Assembly (NCBI GenBank): GCA_903842795.1
Contig: CAIMNJ010000013.1
Span: forward strand, 5,302-69,301
Length of the DNA stretch: 64,000 bases
Direction: 5' to 3'
From: an uncultured bacterium
GTDB taxonomy: Bacteria > Patescibacteriota > Microgenomatia > UBA1400 > PJMF01
How positions within the stretch are numbered: position 1 is the first letter of the stretch; each line of letters starts with the position of its first letter. Under the pieces are notes generated by a model. That model ran no database searches and was not told the origin of the DNA. It worked only from the letters and a program-made list of their open reading frames with translations. The position numbers and the translations under genes were made by a program. Positions 38,210 through 47,739 of this stretch are shown here, piece by piece.

Positions 38210-39856
38210 ATGAAGATAGTGAAAAAGTTCCTACTCAGCTTATTTTTATTTCTTATCGTTTTAATTCCATTAGTTAAGACAGTCTATTCTTGGAATATTG
38301 CTGATCCACCTATTTCTTATGATTTATTCAATAATGGTTATACTTTTGCTTATCCATATCAGATGGATTTTGATGCTGCCGGCAATCTTTATGTAACTGG
38401 TGGTAGTAATAACAATGATCAAATTCGCAAATATGATTCTGCTGGCAATTTTGTAACAGAATTTGGAGTTAGCTATTCCAATCCAACTGGCGTGGCAGTT
38501 GATGGTGGTGGCAATATTCTGATAGCCAATAGTAATAATGATCAAATCGATAAATTTGATAGTAATGGTAATTTTATTGCTAGCTTTTTTGGTACTGGAT
38601 CTGGAAATAATCAGCTGAATTTTCCTTATGCCATAACTGTTGATGGGGATGGTAATGTTTATGTGGCAGATGCTGGCAATAATCGTGTCCAAAAATACAA
38701 CTCTTCACTGACTTATTTGGCAACAATTACTGGTAACAGTGGAGCCTTTAATTTTCCAGAGGTAGTTTGGACTGATGCAGATAATAACCTTTATGTCTTG
38801 GATTCTGGGAATAACCGTTTGCAGAAGTTTGATCCAAACGGTAGCTATTTATTAACGATTACTGGTTCTGGTTCTGCTTGGAATTATCCAGAAGGTATGA
38901 CCGTAGATAGTAGTGGCAATATTTATGTGTCAGATAGTGGCAATGGTCGTATTCAAATTTTTGATAATCTCGGTAATTTCCAGCAAGAAATTACCACTGC
39001 CAATATTCAGGCTAATTTAGATGGAAGTGTGAGTTATCTTTCTGGTTTGTTGATGGGAGACGACGGAACTCTTTATGTTGGTGATAACACCAGACTTTTT
39101 AAGATTAATTTTGATCGCACGCCAGCTATAGTTTCAGTATCGAGTTTGCCTGGAGATAGTACTACAGATACGACGCCAGTTTTTAATGGTACAGCTACTG
39201 ATTCTCTCACAGCTATTTCAGTAGTTCAGTTTTCTATTGACGCTGGAGCTTATCAGGCTTGTACTGCCGATGATGGAGTGTTTGATGAATTGAGTGAAAA
39301 TTACACTTGCACTACAACCACACCTTTAGCTGGCGGTTCTCATACTATCAGCATTCGTTCTACAGATGGCAATTCCCAGACCAATAGTGGAGCTAATTTG
39401 GCAAATTATGCTTTTTCAGTTGTAGTTCCTGGCCTAACAAATTCACCAAGTAATGACAATTCTGCTGTAAGTACAAACACGACAACTTCATCTGATGATA
39501 ACACTTGTTTGGCTAGTAAGCCGGTTAATACTTCAGATCTTTTTCAGATTGATGTAACCAACAATACTGCCAAACTTTTTTTTACCCCTATTCCTAATAT
39601 TGATAAATATTCAATTAGTTTTTCGACTAAACCAGAAGCAGAAGAACATGGTGAAGCGGTTGTTCTGGCCAAAGAAGGAGTGCAGAGTCACAAAGTTTTT
39701 TATCTTAAACCCGGGACCACCTACTATTTTAAAGTTAGAGGGCAAAATGGCTGTATGGCTGGCGAGTGGAGTAATACTCTCAAAGTCAGAACAATTAGAA
39801 CTGCTAAAAAAACTACTTCCACAATTTCAAAAAAGTTTTATAAAAAATGGTTCTAA
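38210..39856 (+). CDS. Secreted NHL-repeat beta-propeller protein with C-terminal Ig/FN3-like domains
   Basis: A signal peptide. Repeated YVADAGNNRVQKY / YVLDSGNNRLQKF / YVSDSGNGRIQIF NHL motifs. Confidence 0.7.
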   Translation: MKIVKKFLLSLFLFLIVLIPLVKTVYSWNIADPPISYDLFNNGYTFAYPYQMDFDAAGNLYVTGGSNNNDQIRKYDSAGNFVTEFGVSYSNPTGVAVDGGGNILIANSNNDQIDKFDSNGNFIASFFGTGSGNNQLNFPYAITVDGDGNVYVADAGNNRVQKYNSSLTYLATITGNSGAFNFPEVVWTDADNNLYVLDSGNNRLQKFDPNGSYLLTITGSGSAWNYPEGMTVDSSGNIYVSDSGNGRIQIFDNLGNFQQEITTANIQANLDGSVSYLSGLLMGDDGTLYVGDNTRLFKINFDRTPAIVSVSSLPGDSTTDTTPVFNGTATDSLTAISVVQFSIDAGAYQACTADDGVFDELSENYTCTTTTPLAGGSHTISIRSTDGNSQTNSGANLANYAFSVVVPGLTNSPSNDNSAVSTNTTTSSDDNTCLASKPVNTSDLFQIDVTNNTAKLFFTPIPNIDKYSISFSTKPEAEEHGEAVVLAKEGVQSHKVFYLKPGTTYYFKVRGQNGCMAGEWSNTLKVRTIRTAKKTTSTISKKFYKKWF

Positions 39857-39865
39857 AATTGAAAA

Positions 39866-40921
39866 TTAAGCTTGTTTTTTACGTAAAGCCATCCAATTCG
39901 AACCTACACCAGCAGCTCTTAAACCTCTGAAACGGCCAATTCGACCTTCTTTTTGACCTTCTCTAATTTCATCTGTAGAGATCCCAATAAATTCAAGATT
40001 ATATTTATCAAGTAAGTTCAACTTGATGCTAAAATCATCTACACCACTGCCATAAAGGACTAAAATGCTATTTTGTTTGGCATTTTCAGAGAAAAGCTTG
40101 AGACGGTCCTCAACTTCTTCTGGCCAAGGATAACAATACATTATGTCGGCAGTTTGCAAAGCTTGATTTATTTCAGGAGTATTTTTTTCTTTTTCTACAT
40201 GGAATTCTCCGAGTAATTGACGAATAAAGCCAGGTTGTATTCCACGTTCTTTTAATTGCTCTATTGCTTTATAAGTATGTTCAACTAAATTCTTATCTCT
40301 TTCTATTAATGTGACTGCAAATCCAAGCTGAGCCATAATTAAACCAAGAGTTCCATCTCCGCCTCCTAAATCAACCAAAGATCTCCCAAGTGAAATATTT
40401 TCTTTTGCGCAAAGGGCGATAAGTCCAGAGCCAACTGATAGTGCGTCCATAGCTTGTGTAGTTACCCATTTCTTATCTATTCGACCAGTATTTTGCAGGT
40501 GATGTAATCCGTCAGTGTGTTGATCATGTAGGGCGATAATTTCCACTAAGGCTTTTCGCTCAATCAGCTCACTTATATCTGCTCCTTCATGAATTTCTTT
40601 ACTAAGAGAATCGGTTTCTTCAATTGCAAAATCTGCACTGTGGACAGCATTAATACGGCTGTATATTTCTCCATAACTTAGATTTTCTTGCCAGCCTTCT
40701 TGTTCCATATAAGCTTTAACGAACTTATCTCTTCTTCTAATCCACTCATCAAAACCAATTGAACTAGTGTGCGCTTCACTGCTACCAATAAATTGATGCA
40801 TTGCATCCACAAAAGTAAAAGGATCAAAAGGTTTTGATATAACCAAAGCAAGTGAAGCTTCTAGGTTGCCTTGCAGGCTTGAGGCTGGTTCAATCCCAAT
40901 CATATTTTTATTAAACACCAA
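39866..40921 (-). CDS. Class I SAM-dependent methyltransferase with an N-terminal accessory domain (O-MTase-like)
   Basis: Motif I VDLGGGDGTLG followed by an acidic residue (LIERD). Confidence 0.6.
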   Translation of the reverse strand: MVFNKNMIGIEPASSLQGNLEASLALVISKPFDPFTFVDAMHQFIGSSEAHTSSIGFDEWIRRRDKFVKAYMEQEGWQENLSYGEIYSRINAVHSADFAIEETDSLSKEIHEGADISELIERKALVEIIALHDQHTDGLHHLQNTGRIDKKWVTTQAMDALSVGSGLIALCAKENISLGRSLVDLGGGDGTLGLIMAQLGFAVTLIERDKNLVEHTYKAIEQLKERGIQPGFIRQLLGEFHVEKEKNTPEINQALQTADIMYCYPWPEEVEDRLKLFSENAKQNSILVLYGSGVDDFSIKLNLLDKYNLEFIGISTDEIREGQKEGRIGRFRGLRAAGVGSNWMALRKKQA

Positions 40922-40949
40922 AATAGGTATAATGTCTTTAAAGGAACAT

Positions 40950-41216
40950 ATGAAAAAAGATAAAATGTCTACAGAATGTTGTCATGAAGATAGTTGTTGT
41001 CATGAAGAGATGAGTTGTAAACCTCATCATCATGGTCATGGTGGTCACTGCGGTGGTGGTCAGTCCAACGCAATCTATGGTCTTGGTGTGGTGGGAGCTC
41101 TATTTTATTTTCTCAAAGGTGCTAGTACTTTTGCTTTGGTGATCACTGGTATTGGTAAAGCTATTTTTTGGCCAGCAATTTTGATGTTTAAGTTGCTAAC
41201 TTATTTAAATATTTAA
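40950..41216 (+). CDS. Small membrane protein with a Cys/His-rich N-terminal metal-binding-like segment
   Basis: MKKDKMSTECCHEDSCCHEEMSCKPHHHGHGGHCGGG followed by two TM helices. A tataat box lies at 40927-40932 and an aaagga RBS sits 5 nt before the ATG. The longer ORF-track start lacks an RBS. Confidence 0.5.
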   Translation: MKKDKMSTECCHEDSCCHEEMSCKPHHHGHGGHCGGGQSNAIYGLGVVGALFYFLKGASTFALVITGIGKAIFWPAILMFKLLTYLNI

Positions 41217-41235
41217 TTTTTAGGATACTAAAATT

Positions 41236-41652
41236 ATGTCAGAAAAAAATGTTCTTCAATGGGATGAAAAATATAGTGTTGGAGTCAGAATTATTGACGA
41301 TCAACACAAGCAATTATTTGAAACAATTAATTCTTTAATCCAAATTCTAGACAATAATCCAAGCAAACAACAATTAGATGAAATAATTCAGAAATTGCTT
41401 GTTTATAAAAAAAATCACTTTATTACTGAAGAAAAACTCTTTGAACAATTTAATTATGAACTCAAAGATGAGCACCATGCTAGACACATGGAGTTTAATA
41501 CTAAATTGAATTCAATGTTGGCTGAATGCGGTGAAGATTCTATGCTTTTGGCTTTTAAACTAGTTGATTTCCTAGAAGATTGGCTAATTGAGCATCTAAT
41601 GACAGAAGATCAAAAATATGTAGAATGTTTCCGCCAGCATGGTGTGAAGTAG
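41236..41652 (+). CDS. Bacteriohemerythrin (HHE cation-binding domain)
   Basis: WDEKYSVGVRIIDDQHKQLF and downstream His/Glu ligand spacing (H..., HxxxE, HLxxED). Confidence 0.75.
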   Translation: MSEKNVLQWDEKYSVGVRIIDDQHKQLFETINSLIQILDNNPSKQQLDEIIQKLLVYKKNHFITEEKLFEQFNYELKDEHHARHMEFNTKLNSMLAECGEDSMLLAFKLVDFLEDWLIEHLMTEDQKYVECFRQHGVK

Positions 41653-41678
41653 TTTAGACTAATTTTAGTCCTATAATA

Positions 41679-41707
41679 TTGACATTTTGGCCTATTTTTG
41701 CTATAAT
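41679..41707 (+). promoter_or_regulatory. Consensus sigma-70 promoter TTGACA-17-TATAAT with a leader of about 200 nt
   Basis: ttgaca at 41679-41684, tataat at 41702-41707. Confidence 0.45.
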
Positions 41708-41908
41708 TTTTCAGTTTGTTTCAGATGTGTCAGCAATTGCTGCTTTCTATATTTGTTCAAACGTTTTGCACTTTAAAATATTTCAATCTTTTTTTCTCAT
41801 CCAATTTGAGTGTGGAAATAAGATGGTTATGCCATTTTATTCCCACGCTCAGAGATTCGTTTCTTTGAGTTAGAGTGGGTATACCATTTTTAGAAAAGGA
41901 AACGTAAG

Positions 41909-42349
41909 ATGAAAAAAACCACGATTCAAAGCTTTACCCAAAAACAGCTCCAAAATGTCCTGTTTTATGGCTCTCTTTCCATGATGGGGCTTTCGCTGTT
42001 TGAACCCACCAGCTGGGCAATGTTTGCCGGCTTGGTGCTGTTCGCGCCGTTTGGACTTGGCTATCTGTGGGCGGCCTTCGTTGACCGCATGGATGATAGC
42101 GCGGAATACAAGATCGAACTTACCAAGAAGGCTCACTTCGGCATCGGCTTCGCCTTTGCTGTGGCAGTCGGAATGGTTTGGTCGGTTGTTGGCACTCGCG
42201 TGCCTGTTTTTCCGCTCAATCCAGTGACCAACACTCTTTTCATGTTGGTTGCTCCCAAGGCAGCGTTTTTGCTTTGGGCTTTTGCCTTGTCCGCTTTCGG
42301 CTATTGGCGAGCCTGGAAGACCATTGTTCCCAACACTGGTCGTCACTAG
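41909..42349 (+). CDS. 4-TM membrane protein in a GC-rich islet
   Basis: RBS aaaaggaaacgtaagATG, local GC near 55%. The antisense ORF at 41870..42346 is rejected. Confidence 0.5.
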   Translation: MKKTTIQSFTQKQLQNVLFYGSLSMMGLSLFEPTSWAMFAGLVLFAPFGLGYLWAAFVDRMDDSAEYKIELTKKAHFGIGFAFAVAVGMVWSVVGTRVPVFPLNPVTNTLFMLVAPKAAFLLWAFALSAFGYWRAWKTIVPNTGRH

Positions 42350-42358
42350 GAGAATCTG

Positions 42359-42730
42359 ATGTCCTATCGATCTTCTGATGACGGTTCGCTTTACGCCAAG
42401 ATCGTTATGTTGGTGCTGGCCCTGATCTTTGCCATTTGGTTCTACTCGGCTTCTGAGTCAGGCAGTGGCTGGATTAATAGCAAGTGGTCTGAAACACGGA
42501 CTTCTTGTAGCGATGGGGATTGCTCCACAACGATCACCTATTACATCCAGCTGAAAGATAGCAGGGTGTATACGGTCTTTTGGGGAACCGCACATTGGGA
42601 TGGAATGCTGGAGAACAGCGAAATTTCCTTCTTTGCGCGCGGTCGTCGAATTGGTTTCTTCTCATGGCGTTGGATGGTGCCTGCCATTTTCAATTGGCAA
42701 CAACTTTCACCGCCGCCAGGCAATGGATAG
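42359..42730 (+). CDS. Small N-terminally anchored protein with a Cys-containing extracytoplasmic domain, in a GC-rich islet
   Basis: RBS aggagaatctgATG, coupled 9 nt after the upstream gene. Confidence 0.45.
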   Translation: MSYRSSDDGSLYAKIVMLVLALIFAIWFYSASESGSGWINSKWSETRTSCSDGDCSTTITYYIQLKDSRVYTVFWGTAHWDGMLENSEISFFARGRRIGFFSWRWMVPAIFNWQQLSPPPGNG

Positions 42731-42758
42731 GAAAGGAGTTGGAATATTTGTAAGTGTT

Positions 42759-42784
42759 ATAGGGCGCCCGCGAGGGCGCCCTAT
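42759..42784. terminator. Bidirectional GC hairpin terminator
   Basis: ATAGGGCGCCC-gcga-GGGCGCCCTAT, between the islet operon and the convergent mscL. Confidence 0.6.
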
Positions 42785-42789
42785 TTCGT

Positions 42790-43125
42790 TTATCGAATAT
42801 TTGGTTTATTTTTTACCACCTTCTTTTTTGGTAATTTTTCCATAAGTTTATTCATTGGTAAAACGACCAAGAAATATATGGTGGCGGAAATTGTTAGGAA
42901 AGAAAATAGAACATTCAGGAAATCGCCAATCATAAACTTACTATTATTGATGGTAAAAAAGATTCCAGAAAAATCTGGCGAACCGCTGACGGCAGCAATT
43001 AGCGGTGTAATTAAGTCTTTGACTAAAGCGTTGACAACATTGCCAAAAGCAACACCCATGACCACGCCGACCGCCATTTCTATAATATTGCCTTTGAGAA
43101 TAAATTTTTTAAAACCTTCCATCAT
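42790..43125 (-). CDS. mscL: Large-conductance mechanosensitive channel
   Basis: FKKFILKGNIIEMAVGVVMGVAFGNVVNALVKDLITP matches the MscL TM1 and N-terminal signature. Confidence 0.8.
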   Translation of the reverse strand: MMEGFKKFILKGNIIEMAVGVVMGVAFGNVVNALVKDLITPLIAAVSGSPDFSGIFFTINNSKFMIGDFLNVLFSFLTISATIYFLVVLPMNKLMEKLPKKKVVKNKPNIR

Positions 43126-43408
43126 TTTTTTCCTTTTTATTTTTGTTAAGATTTTTTATTTCATTTTTTAAAGCTTGGTAGCGAGTTTTACCAAATAGGA
43201 AAAATCCTACGCCAATAATAATTAGACCCCAACCGCCAAGTAAAACATAAATGCCATCTTTTATGAATCTAAGAGTACCTGCTCCAGCAATAATAAAAGC
43301 AATACCTGTTCTAATGTAAGACAATAAAGTTCTTTCGTTGGACATAATTGTGCGAGTGAGGGCTAGAGCATCGCGCAAAGCTGTTGGAGAAGAATTTTCT
43401 TTTTTCAT
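43109..43408 (-). CDS. DUF202/YidH-like small membrane protein
   Basis: SNERTLLSYIRTGIAFIIAG matches the DUF202 (ERTxLAWxRT) motif. The start was taken at the internal ATG (MKKENSSP). Confidence 0.55.
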   Translation of the reverse strand: MKKENSSPTALRDALALTRTIMSNERTLLSYIRTGIAFIIAGAGTLRFIKDGIYVLLGGWGLIIIGVGFFLFGKTRYQALKNEIKNLNKNKKEKNDGRF

Positions 43409-43481
43409 TTTTTCAGTATAGCATTTACTTTTCTTATCAGGAGTTGGCTTTTTTGCTTGCAAATGTGTATACTGAAGATAT

Positions 43482-44450
43482 ATGAAGAAGAAATCTGCCC
43501 GTCTTCGTGTCTCTAAAAAATCCAAAAGTTCAAAAAAGAATCGTTTTAATTGGTCACTAAGTTTTGGTAATTTAGTTGCTGTTTTTTCCTTAATAGCCGT
43601 TATAACTTCATTTTTTTTGGTTAAATTTGTTTTTGCTAAGAGTGCTGACATTGTTTTATCAACCCCAAAAAATAGCTCGCCAACTAACAATGCAGCTTTA
43701 GATACTTATAATTTTCAATATTCTTGGACAGCTGTTGGCAGTTCTTTCCCGGTGACTTATTTTTTTGAAATCTCCAATCATCCAGATACTAATTTAAGCG
43801 GTGAGTTTAAAGAACCAATCGGTGGTTTATCTCCTTCCTTGAGAAATTTATCGACCAATAGTGTTGATAATATGATTGATTTAGATGGTGTTTATTATTG
43901 GCATGTTAAAGCTTTGTCAAACGATGTTGTCCCTAGTTTGTGGAGTAATACAACTAAGGTTAGTTTGAGTACGAGGCCACCAAAACCTGTTAATTTTGCA
44001 CCAAACAACAATTCTGTTTTGAATTTTAATACCTGCAATGATTTCTACAATCTAAAATTTTCTTGGCAAGATCTTACAAGTCTGAATACTCCAGTTAGTT
44101 ATACTCTTGAGTTTTCAATGTTTCCAGAAATTTATGATCCGGCAACCAGCAGAGACTGTCAGCCTGGAGAAAGTCCAGCAATTGAAGGATGTTATTTGCC
44201 TGGTACTCCTAAACCTGTTGTTGGCAGTTTCAAGGATGTTTCTATAACCATGAGTGGCTTAGAGAATCATATTATAAACAGTCCGTTGCAATTGGGTGGT
44301 GATTACTATTGGCATGTTAGAACAGTATATAAAGATTTAACCAGATCACACAACTCTAGTGAATGGAGTGACGCTTACAAGTTGACCATAAATCCAGGAT
44401 TTGATCCTCAGAGTTGCTTTGTGACTCCAACGCCAACGTTACCAATTTAA
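43482..44450 (+). CDS. Membrane-anchored secreted protein with two FN3-like repeats
   Basis: A basic N-terminus and a TM anchor. Repeated YYWHVKALS / YYWHVRTVY motifs. Promoter-like ttgctt-17-tatact lies upstream. Confidence 0.5.
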   Translation: MKKKSARLRVSKKSKSSKKNRFNWSLSFGNLVAVFSLIAVITSFFLVKFVFAKSADIVLSTPKNSSPTNNAALDTYNFQYSWTAVGSSFPVTYFFEISNHPDTNLSGEFKEPIGGLSPSLRNLSTNSVDNMIDLDGVYYWHVKALSNDVVPSLWSNTTKVSLSTRPPKPVNFAPNNNSVLNFNTCNDFYNLKFSWQDLTSLNTPVSYTLEFSMFPEIYDPATSRDCQPGESPAIEGCYLPGTPKPVVGSFKDVSITMSGLENHIINSPLQLGGDYYWHVRTVYKDLTRSHNSSEWSDAYKLTINPGFDPQSCFVTPTPTLPI

Positions 44451-44451
44451 C

Positions 44452-45735
44452 TCACCTAGCAAAAGTCACCAACATTGCTATTGCCGCTAGGCCCATGCCA
44501 AACATGGTGGTCCAGACTAGCGATCTAGACAATAAACCACTTTTGTGTTGACCCATTATTTTTTCATCTTGAGCTATTTTAGCGATCAAAAACAAGAGTG
44601 GCACAGCTACAACACCATTAATAACAGCAGTGAAGACGAGAGCTTTGACTGGATCAATACCGATGAAATTAATCATTAATCCAACCAAAGTAGCAATGAC
44701 AATAACTCCATAAAAACCATGAGCTTTTTTTAATTTAAGACTAAAGCCCTCTTTCCACTCCAAAGCTTCAGAAATTGCATATGAGGCTGATCCAGATAAA
44801 ACTGGTACTGATAAAAGTCCAAGCCCGACCACGCCAATAGAAAATAAAATTTTGGCCAAATATCCAGCATTAGGAAAACTTTTTACTAATGGTTCGAGTG
44901 CACTGGCTGCTTGAGCAGAAGTTTCTATATTGGTTATACCATTTTGGTGTAAAACAGTTGCTGCCACTACAATAATTGACCAGGTAACGATTTCAGAAAA
45001 AAGCATACCAATAAAGGTGTCAATTCTAATGTTGCGAATAAATTTAGTTGTTAATGCTGGCATGCCATTAATTCTTTTTATTCTTCTTTCTTTTTCTTCC
45101 TCAACTTCTTCAGAAGCTTGCCAAAAGAACATGTAAGGAGAAATAGTGGTGCCAAGCACACCGGTAATGATAAATAAGAAAGCAAAAGAAAATTCAAAAT
45201 GAGGTACGAAGGTGCTTCTCAAAATTGTAGACCAAGGTTGTTGCACTAAGAAAATGGTTAAAGGATATGAGATCAAGGCCAAAGCTAACCATTTCAAAAT
45301 ATTGGCATAAACTTTATAGCTGGTAAAAATTTCTAAGACCAAAATTAAGACAGTAAAAGCCAGACATAAAATTGTAAAATCAATAGGAATAACTAATTGT
45401 GTGGCGGCGGCCATCGCTCCCAAATCAGCCCCAATATTGATCGTGTTAGCAATCAAGACCAGTAAACAAACCGCATATACAATTTTTTTTGAATAATGCT
45501 CTTTGATGACTGCGACTAAGCCTTTGCCGTTAACTGCTCCAATACGGGCGCAAGCTTCTTGTACTGCTGTTTGGAATGGCAGCATAAATAAAGCTGTCCA
45601 TAATTGGCCATAACCAAATTGCGCACCAGTTTGGGAATAGGTAGCAATTCCAGATGGATCATCATCAGCAGCACCAGTAATTAATCCTGGGCCTAAAATT
45701 TTTAGAATTTTTTTGAATTTATTATTTTTGTTCAC
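44452..45735 (-). CDS. mntH: Nramp-family divalent metal (Mn2+/Fe2+) transporter
   Basis: GPGLITGAADDDPSGIATYSQTGAQFGY, the Nramp DPGN-type signature. Confidence 0.85.
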   Translation of the reverse strand: MNKNNKFKKILKILGPGLITGAADDDPSGIATYSQTGAQFGYGQLWTALFMLPFQTAVQEACARIGAVNGKGLVAVIKEHYSKKIVYAVCLLVLIANTINIGADLGAMAAATQLVIPIDFTILCLAFTVLILVLEIFTSYKVYANILKWLALALISYPLTIFLVQQPWSTILRSTFVPHFEFSFAFLFIITGVLGTTISPYMFFWQASEEVEEEKERRIKRINGMPALTTKFIRNIRIDTFIGMLFSEIVTWSIIVVAATVLHQNGITNIETSAQAASALEPLVKSFPNAGYLAKILFSIGVVGLGLLSVPVLSGSASYAISEALEWKEGFSLKLKKAHGFYGVIVIATLVGLMINFIGIDPVKALVFTAVINGVVAVPLLFLIAKIAQDEKIMGQHKSGLLSRSLVWTTMFGMGLAAIAMLVTFAR

Positions 45736-45799
45736 AAAATTATTATGCCGTAAAAGGAATTTAATTGACAGTCTTGTTGAATGAGTCTAGTATTTATTC

Positions 45800-46234
45800 A
45801 TGATTAACCCACAAGATTTAGTTTCCAAAATGAAGACTCAACATAGCGCTTTACAAAAGGATCTAGCTTTAGCTATGGACTTAGCGAGTCAAGAATTGCC
45901 AAATTTAGGTGAAAAAATTTTGCTTAGCTTAACACAATTTAAAAGAGATCTTTTAGAGCATTTAGATTTGGAGAATGGTGAGTTTTATCCAGATTATCTT
46001 TCAAGACAAGATAAAAGAGGTGTTGATTTACGTAGTACAAAAGAATTTATAAAAGAGATGGATGACATTGGAGTGGTTGTGATGGGATTTTTGGACAAAT
46101 ATAGTAAGTCGGAAGCAATTAAAAATAATTTAAATACTTTCAAAACAGAGCTAAACGAGATTATTGGAGTTTTGAATACGAGAATCGAAACAGAAGAAGA
46201 GGGTCTTTTTGATTTGTATTTAATTATTAGTTAA
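45800..46234 (+). CDS. Hypothetical protein (possible hemerythrin-like helical bundle)
   Basis: A 144-aa ORF; the assignment is weak. Confidence 0.35.
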   Translation: MINPQDLVSKMKTQHSALQKDLALAMDLASQELPNLGEKILLSLTQFKRDLLEHLDLENGEFYPDYLSRQDKRGVDLRSTKEFIKEMDDIGVVVMGFLDKYSKSEAIKNNLNTFKTELNEIIGVLNTRIETEEEGLFDLYLIIS

Positions 46235-46240
46235 TTAAAC

Positions 46241-47056
46241 ATGAATTTAAATTACACAACTTTTTTAACAGATGTTCTAACTAAAGCTAGCTTGGTTGCA
46301 CATAATAATTTTGGTAAGGTTGTTGGTGAAATCAAAGAAAATAATCCAAACCAAATTCTAACAGAGACTGATTTAGAAATTGGCAAATTAATTATTGAAG
46401 CAATTAAAACAAATTATCCGAGACACAATATTATTGATGAGGAAGCCGGTGTTATTAATCTTGGTTCTCAATACACCTTTGTAGTTGATCCAATTGATGG
46501 CACCAGCAATTTTGCCAAAGGTGTTGCTGCCTATGGCATCATGATTGGTCTTTTAGATGGAGGAATGCCTATTGCTGCTGGGATTTCTTTGCCTGAATTT
46601 TCACAAATTTATACTGCAGAAAAAGATCATGGTGCTTTTTGTAATGGCCAACCTATTCATGTTTCTAGTGAACAATCACTTATTAATTCTTTAGTTGCTT
46701 ATGGCATTGATGGCCACAAAGAAAATCCACAAAAAACGCAAAAAGAATGTTTACTTCTTAGTGAAATTGTTCTTAATATTCGCAATTTACGTGCTAGTAA
46801 TAGTGTTTTAGATTTTGCTTTAGTGGCGTGTGGTCAGTATGAAGCCTATCTCAACCAATCTAGTAAAATTTGGGATAATGTCGCTGCTCAATTGATCATT
46901 GAAGAGGCTGGTGGAGTTTATACTGATTTTTTTGGTCAAAAAATTGATTATTCCAATCCTTTGCAGAGAGCAGCTCAGAATTTTACTTATTGTGCTGCCT
47001 CGCCAGTCATTCATCAACAATTACAAGATATAATTAGGCGTAATTTCAAAATATAG
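46241..47056 (+). CDS. Inositol monophosphatase family protein (SuhB-like)
   Basis: VVDPIDGTSNF and EEAGG motifs. Confidence 0.75.
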   Translation: MNLNYTTFLTDVLTKASLVAHNNFGKVVGEIKENNPNQILTETDLEIGKLIIEAIKTNYPRHNIIDEEAGVINLGSQYTFVVDPIDGTSNFAKGVAAYGIMIGLLDGGMPIAAGISLPEFSQIYTAEKDHGAFCNGQPIHVSSEQSLINSLVAYGIDGHKENPQKTQKECLLLSEIVLNIRNLRASNSVLDFALVACGQYEAYLNQSSKIWDNVAAQLIIEEAGGVYTDFFGQKIDYSNPLQRAAQNFTYCAASPVIHQQLQDIIRRNFKI

Positions 47057-47096
47057 TTGCTGGTTTCTTTGTTGATCTATATAATCCATAAGCTAT

Positions 47097-47735
47097 ATGC
47101 AACTTTTATCTTTTCTTGTTGATTTTATTTTGCACATTGATGTTCATCTTGGGCAAATTATTTCTGCCTATGGTTTTCTAACATATGCAGTTTTGTTTGT
47201 AGTGATTTTCATTGAAACAGGTTTGGTTTTTATGCCATTTTTACCTGGAGATTCTTTACTTTTTGCTGCTGGTGCTTTTGCAGCTTTAGGATCGCTTAAT
47301 ATTTGGTTATTGTGGATTTTACTTGTTTTGGCTGCTGTGCTTGGAGATACTGCCAATTATTGGATCGGTCATTTTTTTGGTCAGCAATTGATTGATAATC
47401 CCAGAATGCCAATCAAAGCAGCCCATATCGAAGAAACCAACAAATTCTTCGAGAAGCATGGTGGCAAAACTATTATTATGGCACGCTTTGTGCCGATTGT
47501 ACGCACTTTTGCCCCTTTTGTAGCAGGCATTGGCAAGATGAGTTATAAGAAATTTATTTCTTATAATTTAATTGGTGGTTTGGCTTGGGTAACTATTGCT
47601 CTTTTTGCTGGCTTTTTCTTTGGTAATATTCCATACGTCAAAGAAAACTTTTCGCTAATTATTTTACTTATTATTCTAATTTCTGTGGTGCCAATGTTAG
47701 TGCCAGTTATCAGTAACAAACTTAAGAAAAAATAA
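47097..47735 (+). CDS. DedA/VTT-domain membrane protein
   Basis: ETGLVFMPFLPGDSLLFAAG signature. Confidence 0.75.
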   Translation: MQLLSFLVDFILHIDVHLGQIISAYGFLTYAVLFVVIFIETGLVFMPFLPGDSLLFAAGAFAALGSLNIWLLWILLVLAAVLGDTANYWIGHFFGQQLIDNPRMPIKAAHIEETNKFFEKHGGKTIIMARFVPIVRTFAPFVAGIGKMSYKKFISYNLIGGLAWVTIALFAGFFFGNIPYVKENFSLIILLIILISVVPMLVPVISNKLKKK

Positions 47736-47739
47736 TTTT

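Noticed and set aside
41870-42346. 158-aa minus-strand ORF
   Set aside because: It is antisense to the RBS-supported 4-TM gene at 41909..42349. Its product is a low-complexity Gly/Pro/Arg-rich sequence typical of reading GC-rich DNA in the wrong frame.
42000-42845. Several short ORFs (42000..42227+, 42178..42378+, 42541..42723-, 42600..42845+)
   Set aside because: These are alternative frames within GC-rich islet 2. They are superseded by the two RBS-supported genes 41909..42349 and 42359..42730.
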